Assembly (NCBI GenBank): GCA_963810095.1
Contig: CAWEMM010000002.1
Coordinates: forward strand, 64,001-128,000
Direction of reading: 5' to 3'
DNA length: 64,000 bases
From: an uncultured Chloroflexia bacterium
GTDB taxonomy: Bacteria > Chloroflexota > Anaerolineae > CG2-30-64-16
Below, in pieces: positions 61,749 through 64,000 of the stretch. A program made the position numbers and the translations under genes. Positions within the stretch are counted from its first letter, which is position 1; the number at the start of each line of letters is the position of its first letter. The notes beneath the pieces are model-generated. The model saw only the letters and a list, made by a program, of their open reading frames with translations, was not told the DNA's origin and did no database searches.

Positions 61749-63486
61749 ATGTCCTTGTCCCCCGCCATCCGGGTGCGCGACCTCTATTACGCGTACCCAC
61801 CGCCCATGCCGGACGCGCCCCCGACAGAAGTTCTCAACAATGTAAACTTCGAGATTCAGCCCGGAGAGTTCGTCGCACTGTTGGGCCGCGTCGGCGCCGG
61901 CAAGACGACCCTCTCGCTCGCCCTCAACGGCCTTGCACCCCATGCCACGGGAGGCGTCTTTCGCGGCCACGTGCTGGTGGGCGGGCTGGACACGCGCGAC
62001 CACCCCGTGCCCGATCTTGCGCAGGTTGCCGGCCTGGTCTTTCAGGACCCCGAAACGCAGCTGACGCAGATGCGGGTGGAGGACGAGATCGCTTTCGGGC
62101 CCGAGAATCTTGGGCTCGCGCCGCAGGAGATAGCCCAGCGCGTGGACTGGGCGCTCGATGCGATCGGCCTTAACGGGTATCGCGACCGCAATCCGTCGCT
62201 TTTGTCGGGCGGCGAGAAGCAGCGGGTGGCCATCGCCGCGACCCTTGCCATGCGGCCCCAGGTGCTGGTCCTTGACGAGCCGACTGCGAACCTCGACCCC
62301 GGCGGTAAGGCGGCGGTCTTCGCCGTCCTGCTGCGCCTGGCGGAGGAGCGCCGGATCACGATCCTCCTGGCGACGCAGGACGTGGAGCGCGTGCAGCGCT
62401 ATGCCCGGCGCGTCCTGGTGCTGCATCAAGGGCCGGATCGCGTTGGACGGGCCGCCCCGCGAGGTTTTCGAACGCGAGGTCGAACTGCGGGAGTGGGGCG
62501 TTGGCGTGCCCCAGGTGGTGGAGTTGGCCCACCGGCTGGGCGAGCGGCAAGGCCGGCTTTACCACTTTCACAGCGTCAGCGGCGCCGTGGCCGGCCTGCG
62601 GGCGGAGCTGCGCCGGAGACCTGCGACCGGACGACCGTCGCCGCCTGAGCCGGTGCCGGAGGGGAACAACGAGGCGGAGATCGTCGCCGATCGCCTCACC
62701 TTTGCCTACGACGACGCCACGCCGGCGCTGTGCGACGTGTCGCTCTCGATACCAGGTGGTCAGTTCCTCGCTCTCGCCGGTCCCAACGGCTCGGGCAAAA
62801 CGACCTTCGCCAAGCACCTCAACGGCCTGCTGAAACCCTCCTCGGGCCGGGTGCTCGTCGCAGGCCAGGACACGCGCTCGCTGCGAGTGCCCCAGCTGGC
62901 GCGTATCGTCGGCTACGTATTCCAGAACCCGGATCACCAGATTTTCGCCGCAACCGTGCGCGAGGAGATCGAATTCGGGCTGCGGCTCCAGGGCCTGGCC
63001 GCGCCCGAGGTGGAGCGGCGGGTTGACGAAGCGCTGGAATCCGGTGGATTGGGCTCCGTTGCCGATCAGCCCCCTGCGACGCTCAGCCTGGGCCAGCGGC
63101 GGCAAGTCACGCTGGCGTCCGTGCTCGCCACCCGGCCGGCGATCCTGGTGCTCGACGAGCCCACCGGCGGGCTCGACGCGCGCACCCGGCTGGACCTGAT
63201 GGACCGGGTTGTCCGGTTCAACCGCGACGGCGGGACCGTCGTCCTTATCACCCATGACGTGCGACTGATGGCCGAGTATGCGGGTCGCGTCGTGGTCCTG
63301 CGGTCTGGCCGCGTCCTGTTTGACGGCACGCCGGCGGCACTCTTCGCAAACCGGGCGGTCCTGTCTCAAGCGCGGCTGACCGTGCCCCCCGTGATCCGGG
63401 TGGCGCAGCGTCTCGCGGCGCTCGATCCGTCGCTTGGCCCGCTCGATACTGTGCGCAGCGCAGCGGAGCTCGTGGATGTCCTCTAG
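61749..63486 (+). CDS. ECF transporter fused double ATPase (EcfA-EcfA'; frameshift near 62430)
   Basis: GRVGAGKT, VFQDPETQL, EIAFGPENLG, LSGGEKQR, LDEPTANLDP; second domain GPNGSGKT, VFQNPDHQIF, LSLGQRR, ITHD. Confidence 0.9.
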
Positions 63487-64000
63487 CTTCGACGTTTACG
63501 TCCGGCGCAACACCTGGCTTTACTGCCTGGACCCCCGGGTCAAGCTGGCGTACGTCTTCGTGGCCTCGATTCTCGTGTTCCTGTGGCCGTCGCCGGTCGT
63601 GGCCGTGGCAGTCAGCCTTGTCTCGCTCGCGCTGTTGTTGCTCGCCGGCGTGCCGCGCAGGCGCATCCTCAGCTTCCTGCGCGGGCTTGTCGTCTTGCTG
63701 CTGCTCGTGCTGGTGCTGACCACGCTGTTCACGCGGTGGCGGCAGCACGGTGTGGTTTTCGCTGGGTCCGCTGCAGGTGAGTGCCGAGGGCTTCTGGCAC
63801 GCGCTGCTGCTTACGACCCGGCTGTTGGCGCTGAGCCTCGCGTTCTTTTTCTGGCTGAGCACGACCGACCAAGGCGAGATGACGCGCGGTTTCGTCGCGT
63901 TGGGCCTGCCCTATGAGTGGGGCCTGACGATTGCCCTGGCTCTGCGCTACTTGCCGATCCTGGCCGGGTTGTTCCAGCAGGTGCGCGAGGCGCAGGCGGC
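63476..64000 (+). CDS. ecfT: ECF transporter transmembrane component T (partial; frameshift near 63750)
   Basis: LDPRVKL near N-terminus; later frame LSTTDQGEMTRGFVALGLPYEWGLTIALALRYLP..VREAQA. Confidence 0.88.

Overview
High-GC bacterial window, most likely Chloroflexota (Anaerolineae/Caldilineae-like; inferred from gene content, Pro/Thr/Ala lipoprotein linkers and the palindromic repeat types). The first 22 kb hold two divergently transcribed complex I clusters. The minus-strand cluster is a full NADH-input operon (nuoA, B, fused CD, fused EF, an inserted PIN toxin-antitoxin pair, G, H, I, J, K, L, M, running off the window). The plus-strand cluster encodes only membrane subunits (nuoA-H-J-K-L-M-N), and its NuoL carries a 26-aa longer lateral helix typical of '2M' complexes even though only one nuoM follows. 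This pairing is the most striking feature. The rest contains murE; corA; a proline dehydrogenase-2x enoyl reductase-GNAT-CHAT protease operon; a membrane/repeat/DUF4332 protein; tsaE-tsaB-rimI-udg-rnj; a metallophosphoesterase; a multi-cNMP-binding/bPH membrane protein behind uvrC; a GT2-phosphoglycosyl transferase fusion cluster; msmX; def; larEBC without larA; a nucleoside-type ABC transporter with an internally duplicated binding protein; mntP; and a binding-protein + ECF-module transporter. About nine genes are split by frameshifts, probably long-read consensus errors. No rRNA, tRNA, CRISPR array or transposase was recognised.
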